A stretch of 32,000 nucleotides of DNA from Planctopirus limnophila DSM 3776 (GCF_000092105.1 NC_014148.1:3690001-3722000), one strand, 5' to 3'; positions 17,439 through 27,054 are shown, counted from the stretch's first letter. Program-made: numbers and translations. Notes: a model not told the origin generated them from the sequence alone.

Positions 17439-18376
17439 GTCTGTTGATTGGTGCACTGACAATGGGGCTGATGCTTTCCCTTCTGGCGATGGGAGTGTTG
17501 ATCAGTTTCCGCATTCTGGCGTTTCGAGATCTGACGGTCGATGGTTCGATCACTCTGGGTGGGGCTGTGGCTGGGATGCTGATTGCACAGGGGTATTCCC
17601 CGATCCTTTCGACGTTTGCCGCAATGCTCTGCGGAGCGTTGGCCGGGAGTGTTACGGGTATTCTGGCCACCCGGCTCAAGATCAACGGGTTGTTATCAGG
17701 AATTCTGGTGATGACCGCACTGTATTCGGTCAACCTGCGTGTGATGGGCAAAAGCAACATTCCGCTCATGAATGAGACGACGCTCTTTTCGATGGTTCAA
17801 AGCTGGGCGAAGAGCGAAGATCGCTGGACGTTTCTGATCTGGCAGGCACCGCTGCAGGATGTTTTTGTACTGCTTCAGTTATGCGTCATGATTCCACTGG
17901 TGGCTTTGATTGTGTGGGCTTACTTTCAGACCGAGCATGGCCTGAGCATGCGGGCCACTGGCGATAACCCGGACATGATTCGTGCTCTGGGAGTGAATGT
18001 GGACTGGATGACGGTGGCGGGTCTGGGACTCTCGAATGGATTGGTGGCACTTTCGGGAGCACTGCTGGTGCAGTATCTGGGCTTTGCCGATGTGCAGATG
18101 GGGATTGGCATGGTTGTGCTGGGGTTTGCGAGTGTGATCATTGGCGAATCGCTGGTTCGGAGCAGAAGTCTGGGTCTACTGCTGATCGGTGCAATCATGG
18201 GGTCGCTGCTGTTCCGACTGCTGGTGGCGATTGCTTTGAGATGGGGGCTGAATCCCAATGATCTCAAGCTGGTGACGGCCTTGTTTGTTCTGGCCGCTCT
18301 GGTGTTGCCCATGGTGCTGGCCCGCATTTCCCGACCTGGCAAGACTCAAACTTTGGAGGTCGCTCCGGATGCTTAA
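17435..18376 (+). CDS. ABC transporter permease (COG4120 / BPD_transp_2 type)
   Basis: 313-aa polytopic membrane ORF. Family-typical blocks: SFRILAFRDLTVDGSITLGGAVAG and LKINGLLSGILVMTALYSVNLRVMGKSNIPL. Confidence 0.9.
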   Translation: MSLLIGALTMGLMLSLLAMGVLISFRILAFRDLTVDGSITLGGAVAGMLIAQGYSPILSTFAAMLCGALAGSVTGILATRLKINGLLSGILVMTALYSVNLRVMGKSNIPLMNETTLFSMVQSWAKSEDRWTFLIWQAPLQDVFVLLQLCVMIPLVALIVWAYFQTEHGLSMRATGDNPDMIRALGVNVDWMTVAGLGLSNGLVALSGALLVQYLGFADVQMGIGMVVLGFASVIIGESLVRSRSLGLLLIGAIMGSLLFRLLVAIALRWGLNPNDLKLVTALFVLAALVLPMVLARISRPGKTQTLEVAPDA

Positions 18377-19181
18377 GCTGGTCGATCTGAAAAAGACATT
18401 TCATCCGGGAACTCCGAATGAAGTCCGTGCTCTGCAGGGGGTGAGCCTCACGATTGAAGAAGGTTCATTCGTGGTGGTGATAGGCACGAATGGTTCGGGG
18501 AAATCGACATTACTCAACGCGGTCGCAGGGACGTTTCTTGTCGATCAGGGAAAGATTGAACTGGCAGGTCAGGATGTAACGGGTTGGCCGGAACATCGCC
18601 GGGCGAAGTTCATCGGCCGGGTGTTTCAGAATCCTTATATGGGGTCGGCACCGCATCTTTCGATTGCCGAGAACCTGGCTTTGTCGGCAAGACGTGGTGA
18701 TTTTCGTGGCTTGAACTGGGCATTGAAGCGGCGGCAACTTGAGGAACTCCAGCAGCGAGTGCGGGAGATGGGCCTGGGAATGGAGAACCGCTTAACGAAC
18801 CTGATTGGCAGTCTTTCGGGAGGGCAGAGACAATCGTTGACTTTGCTGATGGCAAGCTTGAAGCGTCCTGATCTGTTGCTGCTCGATGAACATACGGCTG
18901 CGCTGGACCCCAAGTCGGCTGATCAGGTGATTCAACTGACGGAGAATCTTGTCCGTAAGCAGAAGCTGACCACGTTGATGGTGACGCACTCGATGCAACA
19001 GGCGGCCACGCTGGGCGATCGGTTGATCATGATGGTGCGTGGGCAGATTCGTTACGACTTTCAAGGGGCTGCGAAAAAGCGACTGACACCCGAAGCGATC
19101 TTGAGCAAGTTTGAGGAAGTTCGCCGGATGGATCTGCTCGATGAATCGGCTGCGGAACTTCTGAGACAGAGATATGTGTAG
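18369..19181 (+). CDS. ABC transporter ATP-binding protein (COG1101 type)
   Basis: The internal ATG at 18369 gives MLKLVDLKKTF... and overlaps the permease stop by 8 nt. Motifs: Walker A GTNGSGKST, Q-loop, signature LSGGQRQ, Walker B LLLLDEHTAALD, H-loop VTHSM. Confidence 0.92.
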   Translation: MLKLVDLKKTFHPGTPNEVRALQGVSLTIEEGSFVVVIGTNGSGKSTLLNAVAGTFLVDQGKIELAGQDVTGWPEHRRAKFIGRVFQNPYMGSAPHLSIAENLALSARRGDFRGLNWALKRRQLEELQQRVREMGLGMENRLTNLIGSLSGGQRQSLTLLMASLKRPDLLLLDEHTAALDPKSADQVIQLTENLVRKQKLTTLMVTHSMQQAATLGDRLIMMVRGQIRYDFQGAAKKRLTPEAILSKFEEVRRMDLLDESAAELLRQRYV

Positions 19182-19308
19182 GTCTGTGATGCGGGAGAGG
19201 ATATCGGTTCACCACGAAGGAGTGTGGAGAAGGATTGGGCGTGGTGAGTTGGAGAGAGAAGTCGTGGCAGGGCATGCGGATGGCGTGGCTGCTTGTGGTT
19301 TGAAAAAT

Positions 19309-19604
19309 GAGTGGCTGGGGTCAAACGTCCTCGTTTGCCCCCAGGTAATTAGGCTCTAATGAATTCAGTCGAACGTGCTCGAAAGTCATGAAGGCTTGTT
19401 TCGGATGCATTTGCGCTGGTGAAGCCGATTGACCAGGGGGCGAATGAAGACATTCGACCCCTGCCACCCGACAGAATGAAAACATGAAGTAGAAAGGCGT
19501 GACGACCACGCCCTTTCGCAGTTCGTTTTAGATACGTTTTCCTAGAAATTATAGCGCTGTGTTGGTTGCGAAAACATGCTTGCCCAGAGCTGCAAGCATG
19601 GCAC
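19309..19604 (+). repeat. Family B mosaic palindromic element, copy B2 (m1-m2-m3-m4-m5)
   Basis: m1 ggggtcaaacgtcctcgtttgccccc (19317-19342). m2 ggatgcatttgcgc (from 19403). m3 gaccagggggcgaatgaagacattcgacccctgccaccc (19431-19469). m4 ...gtgacgaccacgccctttcgca (to 19520). m5 aaaacatgcttgcccagagctgcaagcatggcac (19571-19604). Confidence 0.85.
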
Positions 19605-19674
19605 TCAGAGCCGCCCTTTCCAGTTTTGACATCAGGCTCGAAGACCACGCCCAAGGCCAGAAAGAGTTAGAGAA

Positions 19675-20940
19675 TCAGGTCGATGCAGCGACGGTCGTTT
19701 TGAGTTGTTCAACCATGGCCTGTTGTTTGGCGGCGACCAGTTTCTGGGCTGTAGCGGCTTTTTCTTTGGCAGCCAGCGGATCTTTGACGAGAGATACGAC
19801 GGTCTCTGAAAGCTGGGCGAGTTGAGCGGGTTGATCGAAGTCGAAGAGCCAGTCCTTGAGACCAATGGCATTCCACATGGTCCCTTTGCTGGTTTGTTCT
19901 TCAAACCGGCCCACAATGGCAGGGATTCCGTTGCCAATACACATGATTGGCGAGTGCATTTCGAGGCCGAACAAGCCCAACGATTGCCGATAGACACTCA
20001 GGGCTTCATCGGTGAGCCAGTAGTTCTCACGCCAGACGACACGTGGGCGGACATCTTCGGGAAGTTTGTCGAAGATCAATTCTTTGCCGACCTTCATTTG
20101 TGAGCGATCTTCGGGGCAGAGGAGAACTTTGGCTTTGGTTTGACGCACAACCTGAGTGATGGCGTCACGCAGCGGGGCGTGATCATGCTCGGCCATGCTT
20201 TCGTTGCGGGCATGTTTTTTCTCATCGAAGGGCTGATTCTTGATGAGCCAGTAAGGGGTATAGCGAAGCCTGGGGATACAGCAGATGAACTCGCCGGGAG
20301 TGAGCTCTCGGGCGGTTAGAAACGCGTCGGCGGCTGGCTGGTTGGCCAGATCGACAGCAAAGGCTCCATCGGGCCCGAAATCCATGATGGGACAAGTGGC
20401 ACCATTCGCACGGGCTCGATCGAGAGAAACGGGATCGCGAAAATATGTGAACCTGGCATTGTTCACCCGTTTGAGCGTAGCTTCGTCGAAGGTTCCTAAA
20501 GTGACGCCAAAGATGCCATAAGGCTTTTGAGTTTCGTTGACCCACCGGTCAATTTCTTTCGCACCGACGATGGATGGCCCGGAGCCATGCAGCAGAAAAT
20601 CGTAATCGGTGAGTGCGGCGGTGATTTCATCGCGTGACTGCACGATCTTGAGTTGGGGGAAGCGAGCCATGAGGAGCTCGTGGACACCATCTTTGACACT
20701 GCTGGGCCATAAGCCGACTTCGGCTTCGGGATAATGCTGTTCCAGGAGATGCAGGACGCCAGGCGTGTGGGCAATGTCGCCGATGTTCACCGTCTGCCAG
20801 GAAGATCGCAAGAGGATTTTGGGGCGAGAGTTCTTTGATGGTGCTGCCCAGGCGCCAGCCGTCAGATTTCGATCAGGTCGAGACAGGGCGCAGGCTGTGC
20901 CAAGTGCTGCCACGTTTTTGAGAAAGTCTCGTCGTTGCAT
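19675..20940 (-). CDS. Polysaccharide pyruvyl-transferase-like protein with a twin-arginine signal (function tentative)
   Basis: The ORF is 19675-21024. The internal ATG at 20940 gives MQRRDFLKNVAALGTACALS (Tat-type). The block ILLRSSWQTVNIGDIAHTPGVLHLLEQ resembles the N-terminal GD-containing motif of PS_pyruv_trans proteins. The family assignment is from memory only. Confidence 0.7.
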   Translation of the reverse strand: MQRRDFLKNVAALGTACALSRPDRNLTAGAWAAPSKNSRPKILLRSSWQTVNIGDIAHTPGVLHLLEQHYPEAEVGLWPSSVKDGVHELLMARFPQLKIVQSRDEITAALTDYDFLLHGSGPSIVGAKEIDRWVNETQKPYGIFGVTLGTFDEATLKRVNNARFTYFRDPVSLDRARANGATCPIMDFGPDGAFAVDLANQPAADAFLTARELTPGEFICCIPRLRYTPYWLIKNQPFDEKKHARNESMAEHDHAPLRDAITQVVRQTKAKVLLCPEDRSQMKVGKELIFDKLPEDVRPRVVWRENYWLTDEALSVYRQSLGLFGLEMHSPIMCIGNGIPAIVGRFEEQTSKGTMWNAIGLKDWLFDFDQPAQLAQLSETVVSLVKDPLAAKEKAATAQKLVAAKQQAMVEQLKTTVAAST

Positions 20941-21103
20941 CTTCGAGTCATCCAGCAGTGTGTGGTCGATGTGGCGTTTCATCATGGCTGGAAACGCGAT
21001 TGTTTCCAGCTGATCATGGCTCATGCAGCATGTTTGAGGCTAATCGAAAGGATACCCGCTTGTGCAGTCATGCGGCCTGAAAATGAATGCATGCAAAAGC
21101 AAT

Positions 21104-21742
21104 TCACGGGCGGTCGGCATCCATGCGGATGGAGGTGGAAGCGGAATGTTCGACAGGTGGTGTGATGGAAGTTCGCACGCCATCCATGAACATCTGGACG
21201 GAGATCGCGACAAGAATCATCCCCATGAGTCGTTCGAGAGCTGTCAGTATGTTTTCACCGAGGAAGCGGTAGAGCCAGGTCGAAGCACAGAGAATCGCTG
21301 CGGATGTGGCCCAGGCGATCAGCAGTGCGATCAGCCACGTCCCCATGCGGTCGGGTTCGCGATTGACCAGAAGCAGCAAGGCAGCCAGCATCGACGGCCC
21401 GGCCACGCTCGGGATGGCCAAGGGAACAATGAATGGTTCGCCAGAAATCGAAGAACCAAAAATGCCGTCGCGTGGCGGGAAGATCATTTTGATCCCGATG
21501 AGGAACAGCACAATGCCTCCGGCCATGCTGATCGACTCCTGTCGCAAGTCGAGTGCGATCAGGAGATAGCGGCCAAAGAAGAGCATCAAAAGGAGTACAA
21601 CGAGTGCCAGGCAGAGTTCCCGAATCACAATGGGCAGGCGGCGCTCGGGAGGAACATGCTTGAGGACCGAGAGAAATAAAGGAACATTCCCCATGGGATC
21701 CATGATGAGAAACAGGAGAATGGTTGCTGAAAGCAGGTTCAT
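21104..21742 (-). CDS. MarC-family (UPF0056/NAAT) integral membrane protein
   Basis: The internal ATG at 21742 gives MNLLSATILLFLIMDPMGNVPLFLSVL..., the characteristic MarC N-terminus. About 6 TM segments follow, and the protein is ~212 aa, typical for the family. Confidence 0.88.
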   Translation of the reverse strand: MNLLSATILLFLIMDPMGNVPLFLSVLKHVPPERRLPIVIRELCLALVVLLLMLFFGRYLLIALDLRQESISMAGGIVLFLIGIKMIFPPRDGIFGSSISGEPFIVPLAIPSVAGPSMLAALLLLVNREPDRMGTWLIALLIAWATSAAILCASTWLYRFLGENILTALERLMGMILVAISVQMFMDGVRTSITPPVEHSASTSIRMDADRP

Positions 21743-21951
21743 TCTGGATCCAGTGGATGAATTGGGGTTCGTTGCGAAGTTCGGGAAGCGCGCGTCCAGT
21801 GTTTTTTGAGCCGTAGGTCGTTTTAAGCGATTGACCACGGGGACTGGCCGCAGAGTTTAGAGTGGGTTGGGACGTTCAGCAAATCCGCAGGTGGTGGGAT
21901 GACTCAAAGGGATCGAATTGATGGAATGTTTATGTTGAGAGTGATTGACTT

Positions 21952-22258
21952 GAGGGCGGATGAATACGATCGACCTCAGGTACCTGGCAGTATGAAAGCA
22001 TGAAGTCGAAAAGCGTGAAGACCACGCCCTTGCGCAAGGCCTTCAGGGCGTGCCACCCAAAAATATGCCACTCAGGTGTGTGTCATCTAAGGCAAATTCA
22101 AGTGTGGTGGCAGGGTATGCTTATGGCGCGGCTTCTTGTTGTCGTGAAAAGTCACGACAACCTGTGTCGGCAAGTTGGGCACGAGTTGGCCGGGCCACCC
22201 GTGGGTTGTTGGTTGAGAAAACATGCTTGCCCAGAGCTGCAAGCATGGCACGCAGAGC
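21952..22258 (+). repeat. Family B mosaic palindromic element, copy B3 (degenerate m3, m4, variable insert, m5)
   Basis: gagggcggatgaatacgatcgacctcagg (21952-21980). catgaagtcgaaaagcgtgaagaccacgcccttgcgca. gggcgtgccaccc (22046-22058). An extra perfect hairpin gttgtcgtga-aaag-tcacgacaac (22138-22161). m5 at 22218-22251. Confidence 0.8.
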
Positions 22259-22295
22259 GATCTTACGTCATGGAAAGCGTATGAAAGAGGAGTCA

Positions 22296-23186
22296 ATGAT
22301 GCAGAACCTCTCGACTGGTCTCCTTTGGTTTGTGGCTGCCCTCTGCGTGCTGTTTCTGACTCCAGTGCCGCCGGCCAGAGCTGAAGAAGTCTCGTCCTTT
22401 CCGTTAACGCTCGCTCGCGAGAAGAACTGGCTGATCATTCGGTCTCCCCGGTTGCCTCGAGGAGAAATTCGCATCAACTACCTGGAGGCTTATTGTCGGC
22501 CAGACTCAACCACAGCCGACTGGCACAAGACGACAATCGGGCACAAGACGGAACTTGTCTCGCTGAGTGACGATCGCCAGACGATGCGTCTGCGATGTAC
22601 GGTGAACGATGGTGTTGTTGTTGACCATGAGATTGTGGCGAGTGATGGGGAAGTGTCGTTTCAGATCAGGGCGACAAATCCCACCAAAGTGGCTTCGGCG
22701 GCCACCTGGGCTCAGCCTTGCATACGCCTGGGAGATTTTACTGGTTTCGCGAATGAGGGAGGTGATCTGGATGATTACCTGCCACGATGCTTTATCTTTC
22801 TCGATGGAAAATTGACACGTCTTTCGGAGGTGCGGCCGTGGGCGAAAGAGGCCCGCTACACGCCGGGACAGGTGTGGTGTCCCCCGGGTGTCTCGCGGAA
22901 GGATGTCAATCCTCGGCCACTGAGTCCACTCGTCCCCAGTCATGGGTTAATTGGCTGCTTCAGCCATGATGAAGAACTGTTGTTTGCCGTCGCGTTTGAA
23001 CCGTATCAGGAACTATTTCAGGGTGTGGCCCGTTGCCTGCACAGTGATTTTCGCATTGGTGGTCTTCAACCCGGCGAAAGCCAATCGATTCGAGGAAGAA
23101 TCTATCTCGGGTCGAATGACGTGCAGCGACTGCTGAAACGTTACGAACGTGACTTTCCAGAGCACCTTAAAAATGCGATGAAATAA
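22296..23186 (+). CDS. Secreted hypothetical protein
   Basis: The ORF 22050-23186 has an N-terminus that runs through repeat B3. ATG at 22296 (or 22299) is preceded by AGAGGAG and gives MMQNLSTGLLWFVAALCVLFLTPVPPARA, a plausible signal peptide. I recognised no domain. Confidence 0.7.
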   Translation: MMQNLSTGLLWFVAALCVLFLTPVPPARAEEVSSFPLTLAREKNWLIIRSPRLPRGEIRINYLEAYCRPDSTTADWHKTTIGHKTELVSLSDDRQTMRLRCTVNDGVVVDHEIVASDGEVSFQIRATNPTKVASAATWAQPCIRLGDFTGFANEGGDLDDYLPRCFIFLDGKLTRLSEVRPWAKEARYTPGQVWCPPGVSRKDVNPRPLSPLVPSHGLIGCFSHDEELLFAVAFEPYQELFQGVARCLHSDFRIGGLQPGESQSIRGRIYLGSNDVQRLLKRYERDFPEHLKNAMK

Positions 23187-23314
23187 CAGATTCTCCCGGC
23201 AAGGACTGGCCATTTGCCCTGTGAAGGGTATTCTTCGTAATGAGAAGTACGCAAGGAGTTTGGAACTGGCGATGACTGCTTCGGTCTCTGGCAGGGAATC
23301 TTGACGGGAAATCG

Positions 23315-24214
23315 ATGGAGATCATTCAAAGAAGTTCCAGCATCCCCATGTCGGCAATCACGCCAGATTCCACGTCATCGGCCGGCCATGAGACGCCGCT
23401 GATCGATGTGGCGAAAGTTGGTGCGACAAGAGCTAATGCCGCTACTGGCCCACTTATTGATGTGAGGGATTTGAGCCTCCGGTTCTCCACAGGGAGTGAG
23501 ATTCTTGCGGCTGTGAATCTGGAGGTGAAGCAGGGAGAGTTTGTGGCCCTTCTGGGCCCTTCAGGCTGTGGGAAGTCGACGCTCTTGCGTGTCATGGCGG
23601 GGCTGATCCACAGCACGGGTGGAGAAGTGACGATCGATGGCCTGGAGCCTGCCAGCGCCCGCAAAAACAGGCATCCCCTTGCCTTTGTGTTCCAAGATCC
23701 GACGTTGCTGCCCTGGCGGACAGTGCGGGATAACATCCGGTTGCCGCTGGAACTGCAAGGGGTGCCTTACGCCGAGCAGATGAAGGCCGTCGAGGCGAGT
23801 CTGCCGCTGATCGGGCTGACGACAGCCGATGCAACCAAGCGGCCGCGAAGTTTATCGGGTGGAATGCGTATGCGGGTTTCGCTGGCCCGGGCACTGGTGA
23901 CGAACCCGCACATTCTGTTTATGGATGAGCCTTTTGCCGCCCTGGATGATGTGCTGCGGCAGCAACTGAATGAAGAAGTGCTGGCCTTGAGCCGGCAGAA
24001 GCAGTGGACCTGTGTGTTTGTGACACATAATGTGGCCGAAGCGGCCTTTATGGCCGATCGCGTGCTGGTGATGCGCTCAAAGCCGGGCGCGATTGCCCGG
24101 GTGATCGAAGTGCCATTTGCTCATCCACGAACTGCCGCATTGCGGGAATCGGCCGAGTTCGCCCAGTTCGCCGGTCAGGTGAATCGGGAACTGCGGGAGG
24201 TCATGTCATGGTGA
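23315..24214 (+). CDS. ABC transporter ATP-binding protein, NitT/TauT (nitrate/sulfonate/taurine-like) family
   Basis: Motifs: Walker A GPSGCGKST, signature LSGGMRMR, Walker B ILFMDEPFAALD, H-loop VTHNV. The N-terminal ~45 aa are an extension, and ATG at 23348 is an alternative start. Confidence 0.9.
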   Translation: MEIIQRSSSIPMSAITPDSTSSAGHETPLIDVAKVGATRANAATGPLIDVRDLSLRFSTGSEILAAVNLEVKQGEFVALLGPSGCGKSTLLRVMAGLIHSTGGEVTIDGLEPASARKNRHPLAFVFQDPTLLPWRTVRDNIRLPLELQGVPYAEQMKAVEASLPLIGLTTADATKRPRSLSGGMRMRVSLARALVTNPHILFMDEPFAALDDVLRQQLNEEVLALSRQKQWTCVFVTHNVAEAAFMADRVLVMRSKPGAIARVIEVPFAHPRTAALRESAEFAQFAGQVNRELREVMSW

Positions 24215-25041
24215 CTGGACCGGCAACCGGAGTTTCCACAGCAGCTTCGCAGTGGGGATCGTACTTCCTGCGGACGATTGTTCCTCCGTTGGTCCTGTTT
24301 GTGATCGTACTGATGGCGTGGGATGGGGCTGTCCGTTTTTGGGGGATCAAGCCCTACATTCTGCCGGGGCCCTGGCGCGTACTGAGTGCGATCGTTTCGA
24401 GCCAGGAAGAGTTGACGAAAGCTTTCCTGCTGACCGGTGGGTCGGCTGTGGTGGGGTTTTCGCTGAGTGTGCTGGTGGGGACGCTGGTGGGCTGCCTCTT
24501 CTCGCAGTCGACGATTATTCGGAGCAGTGGCTACCCTTATGCGATCTTTTTGCAGACAGTTCCGATTATTGCTGTCGCTCCACTGATCATTTTGTGGTTT
24601 GGACGAGGATTTGGGGGTGTGGTGGCGGTGGCGTTTGTCATCAGCCTGTTCCCGATGATCGCCAATGCGACGGCGGGAATGGTGCAGATTGATCCTGATC
24701 TGTTTGATCTTTTCAAACTGAATGATGCCTCAAGATGGCAGATTTTGTTTAAGCTGCGGTTGCCGAACAGTGTGCCCTCGTTATGTACCGGGGCACGGAC
24801 ATCGAGTGGGCTGGCTGTGGTGGGAGCGATTGTCGGCGAATTTTACGCGGGGTATGGCTCGAAACATTTTGGTTTGGGGTACATTATCCGGCTGACGACT
24901 GATCAGGCGAAGACCGACGCCTTATTTGCGGCGGTCATGGTCTCGACGTTGTTAGGGATATTGATCTTTGGCGTGGTGAGTTTGATCAGTCTGACGGTTC
25001 TGGCTCGCTGGGCACCTCCTGAAGTGGGCGAAAGGGCCTGA
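24208..25041 (+). CDS. ABC transporter permease (BPD_transp_1, SsuC/TauC-like)
   Basis: 277-aa polytopic ORF. Its ATG overlaps the ATPase stop by 7 nt. It has an EAA-type loop region (DLFKLNDASRWQILFKLRLPNSVPSL). Confidence 0.9.
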   Translation: MVTGPATGVSTAASQWGSYFLRTIVPPLVLFVIVLMAWDGAVRFWGIKPYILPGPWRVLSAIVSSQEELTKAFLLTGGSAVVGFSLSVLVGTLVGCLFSQSTIIRSSGYPYAIFLQTVPIIAVAPLIILWFGRGFGGVVAVAFVISLFPMIANATAGMVQIDPDLFDLFKLNDASRWQILFKLRLPNSVPSLCTGARTSSGLAVVGAIVGEFYAGYGSKHFGLGYIIRLTTDQAKTDALFAAVMVSTLLGILIFGVVSLISLTVLARWAPPEVGERA

Positions 25042-25148
25042 GAAGATCTTAGAATGCCTGTGCATTGGTCTCGGCGCACAGGAGCATGAGAATGAATTAT
25101 CGGACGGGGAACTGTTCGGCTGAGAATTGCTGGAGAGGGAGATTGCCA

Positions 25149-26186
25149 ATGATGTCTTCGCGGCTGGTGCTGGGGTGGATGCTGTGTTGTGCTTTATTGC
25201 TCGCGGGTTGCCCGATGAATCCTGCGAATCAGGCAGGAGAAGGAGCTGTCAAAACAGCTGACGGCAAGACCTTGACACCCGTAGAAATTACTTTGAACTG
25301 GTTTCCTGAAGCCGAGCATGGCGGTTTCTATGCGGCTCTCGTGAATGGCTATTTTGAAGAGGAAGGGCTGGCGGTCACGATCAAGCCGGGCGGGCCAGAT
25401 ATTCCTGTGGTGCAGTATGTGGCTGCGGGCCAGACGCAGTTTGGTGTGGATAATGCCGATAAACTGCTGCTGGTGAGAGCTCAGGAGGCGGATGCAGTCG
25501 CGGTGCTGGCTCCGCTGCAGGATAGCCCTCGCTGCATCATGGTGCAGGCGGAATCCGGGATTAAGACGTTCGATGAACTGGCTGCCAAGCCGAAGTTCAC
25601 GCTGGCGATGAATCCTGGTCAGCCGTTTGCGATGTATCTGCAGAAGAAGCTGGATCTTTCAAAGGTGACCGTTGTGCCTTATGGAGGCAGTCTGGTGCCA
25701 TTTTTGACGGAGAAGGATTTTGGCACACAGGCGTACAACTTCAGTGAGCCTTTCAATGCCAGAAAACAGAATGCCAATCCGGTCAATCTGATGGTGTCGG
25801 ATCTCGGCTTTAATCCTTATACCAGCCTGCTGATTACCAGCCGCGAGTTGATTGAGAAGAATCCGGAGCTGGTGCAGAAGGTGGTGCGGGCTTCACTCAA
25901 GGGATGGCGCAAATATCTGGATGATCCGCATGGGACGAATACTTACATCAATTCGCTGAATAAAGAGATGGGGATGGATATTCTCGACTTTGGTGTAGAG
26001 ACTTTGAAGCCACTGTGTGAGCCGGCCCGTCTGCCAGCCGGCCAGTTGGGGAAGATGGATCCCGCCGAGTGGACAAAGCTATCCCAGCAACTGGTCGAGA
26101 TGGGAGCACTGGAAGCAAGTCAGTCAGCTCCTGAGAAGGCGTATACGACGCAGTTTTTTGAAGCGGCGACCAAGCCTGAGAAATAG
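25149..26186 (+). CDS. NMT1/THI5-like (SsuA/ThiY-type) substrate-binding lipoprotein
   Basis: The internal ATG at 25149 is preceded by GGAGAGGGAG and gives MMSSRLVLGWMLCCALLLAGC (lipobox LAGC). The block LNWFPEAEHGGFYAALVNGYFEEEGLAVTI is typical of NMT1/THI5-like binding proteins. Confidence 0.87.
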   Translation: MMSSRLVLGWMLCCALLLAGCPMNPANQAGEGAVKTADGKTLTPVEITLNWFPEAEHGGFYAALVNGYFEEEGLAVTIKPGGPDIPVVQYVAAGQTQFGVDNADKLLLVRAQEADAVAVLAPLQDSPRCIMVQAESGIKTFDELAAKPKFTLAMNPGQPFAMYLQKKLDLSKVTVVPYGGSLVPFLTEKDFGTQAYNFSEPFNARKQNANPVNLMVSDLGFNPYTSLLITSRELIEKNPELVQKVVRASLKGWRKYLDDPHGTNTYINSLNKEMGMDILDFGVETLKPLCEPARLPAGQLGKMDPAEWTKLSQQLVEMGALEASQSAPEKAYTTQFFEAATKPEK

Positions 26187-26374
26187 TTGAGCTGGAGATA
26201 TTGTTCACTGAATTTTCGATGATGGAGTGGCACAAAGCCGTGTATCATCATGCGAGACGATCTTCTGATGTGAACTTTCGGATCAACACGGCGAACTGCT
26301 GGAGTCGCGGGACTATGAGCTATTTTTTCTCGTTCAACATACTGACTGATGGCCCCATTCGGTTCGACAAGGCC

Positions 26375-26803
26375 ATGCCTGTGCGTGCTCTGATATGTGG
26401 CGGAATATTCAGTCTTTCTGCATGTGGCCCTGGCTTTACGGAGCCCATGCAGAAATCGCCAAACTCGATCATCGGGAAAACCACGCAGGATATTGGTGAG
26501 TTTAAGCCCGAAGAGAAGAAAGAAGTCAGCGATCAGAAGCTGAATGTGACCAATCCGGTCACCGGGCCACTGGAAGCGTATCGGCCGATGGTGGAGCGAG
26601 TGGTGATTGCTCAGATCGATCAGGCACTTCGGCTCTATGAAGCGGAGAATGGCAAGTACCCTGCGACGTACGAAGAGTTCATGGAGCAGATCATCAAGAA
26701 GAATGGCATTCGATTGCCTGTGCTGCCGGGCGGCTGGAAGTACGAATACAACGTGGCCGAGCATAAGCTGGAAGTGGTTCAGGACAAGCCGGCGGCCTCC
26801 TGA
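26375..26803 (+). CDS. Small lipoprotein with a GspG (type II secretion pseudopilin)-like C-terminal motif
   Basis: The internal ATG at 26375 gives MPVRALICGGIFSLSAC (lipobox LSAC). The C-terminal IDQALRLYEAENGKYPATYEEFMEQII...LPVLPGGWKYEY resembles the AL..Y..dnGrYPt...gL..L...LP.DPWG..Y.Y pattern of T2SS-G domains. Confidence 0.6.
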   Translation: MPVRALICGGIFSLSACGPGFTEPMQKSPNSIIGKTTQDIGEFKPEEKKEVSDQKLNVTNPVTGPLEAYRPMVERVVIAQIDQALRLYEAENGKYPATYEEFMEQIIKKNGIRLPVLPGGWKYEYNVAEHKLEVVQDKPAAS

Positions 26804-26805
26804 GC

Positions 26806-26872
26806 GATTGATCGCCAATTACGTTCGAGTTCGCCCCCATCCCAGCCTTCTCCCGTCAGAACGGGAGAAGGA
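26806..26872 (+). repeat. ~68-bp direct repeat, copy 1, containing an 11-bp-stem hairpin
   Basis: gattgatcgccaattacgttcgagttcgcccccatcccagccttctcccgtcagaacgggagaaggagg. This compares with copy 2 at 27055-27123, and I estimate about 85-90% identity by eye. Confidence 0.85.
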
Positions 26873-26904
26873 GGAATACGGATTGCGATAAACAACTGCG
26901 CGGC

Positions 26905-26988
26905 GGGTGGCTGGGGTTGAGTCTTCGCCCCCCCACCGATTTTCGGCACGAACTGGGGGTTCGCGAAGACGCTCAACCCCAGCCACCC
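26905..26988. repeat. Long imperfect inverted repeat between convergent genes
   Basis: The left arm gggtggctggggttgagtcttcgc (26905-26928) pairs with the right arm gcgaagacgctcaaccccagccaccc (26963-26988), with a 2-nt bulge. The inner segments ccccca and tggggg extend the stem. Confidence 0.8.
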
Positions 26989-27054
26989 CATGCCAAAGAG
27001 CGCGATTAAATCCTGGAATCCATATCAGAACATACAGCGGTGAAGTCGAGTGTT

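Noticed and set aside
21062-21679. 205-aa plus-strand ORF
   Set aside because: It lies antisense to the MarC-family gene, whose N-terminal signature and TM pattern are unambiguous.
23187-23314. TPP or other riboswitch upstream of the NMT1/THI5-type ABC operon
   Set aside because: I looked for the conserved CUGAGA and ACCUGAUCUGGAUAAUGCCAGCG-type elements and found none. The leader is short and unremarkable by eye.
26120-26818. 232-aa minus-strand ORF
   Set aside because: It overlaps the end of the binding-protein gene and the whole small lipoprotein gene in antisense. It has no signal or motif. The plus-strand ORF has a canonical lipobox and a pseudopilin-like motif.
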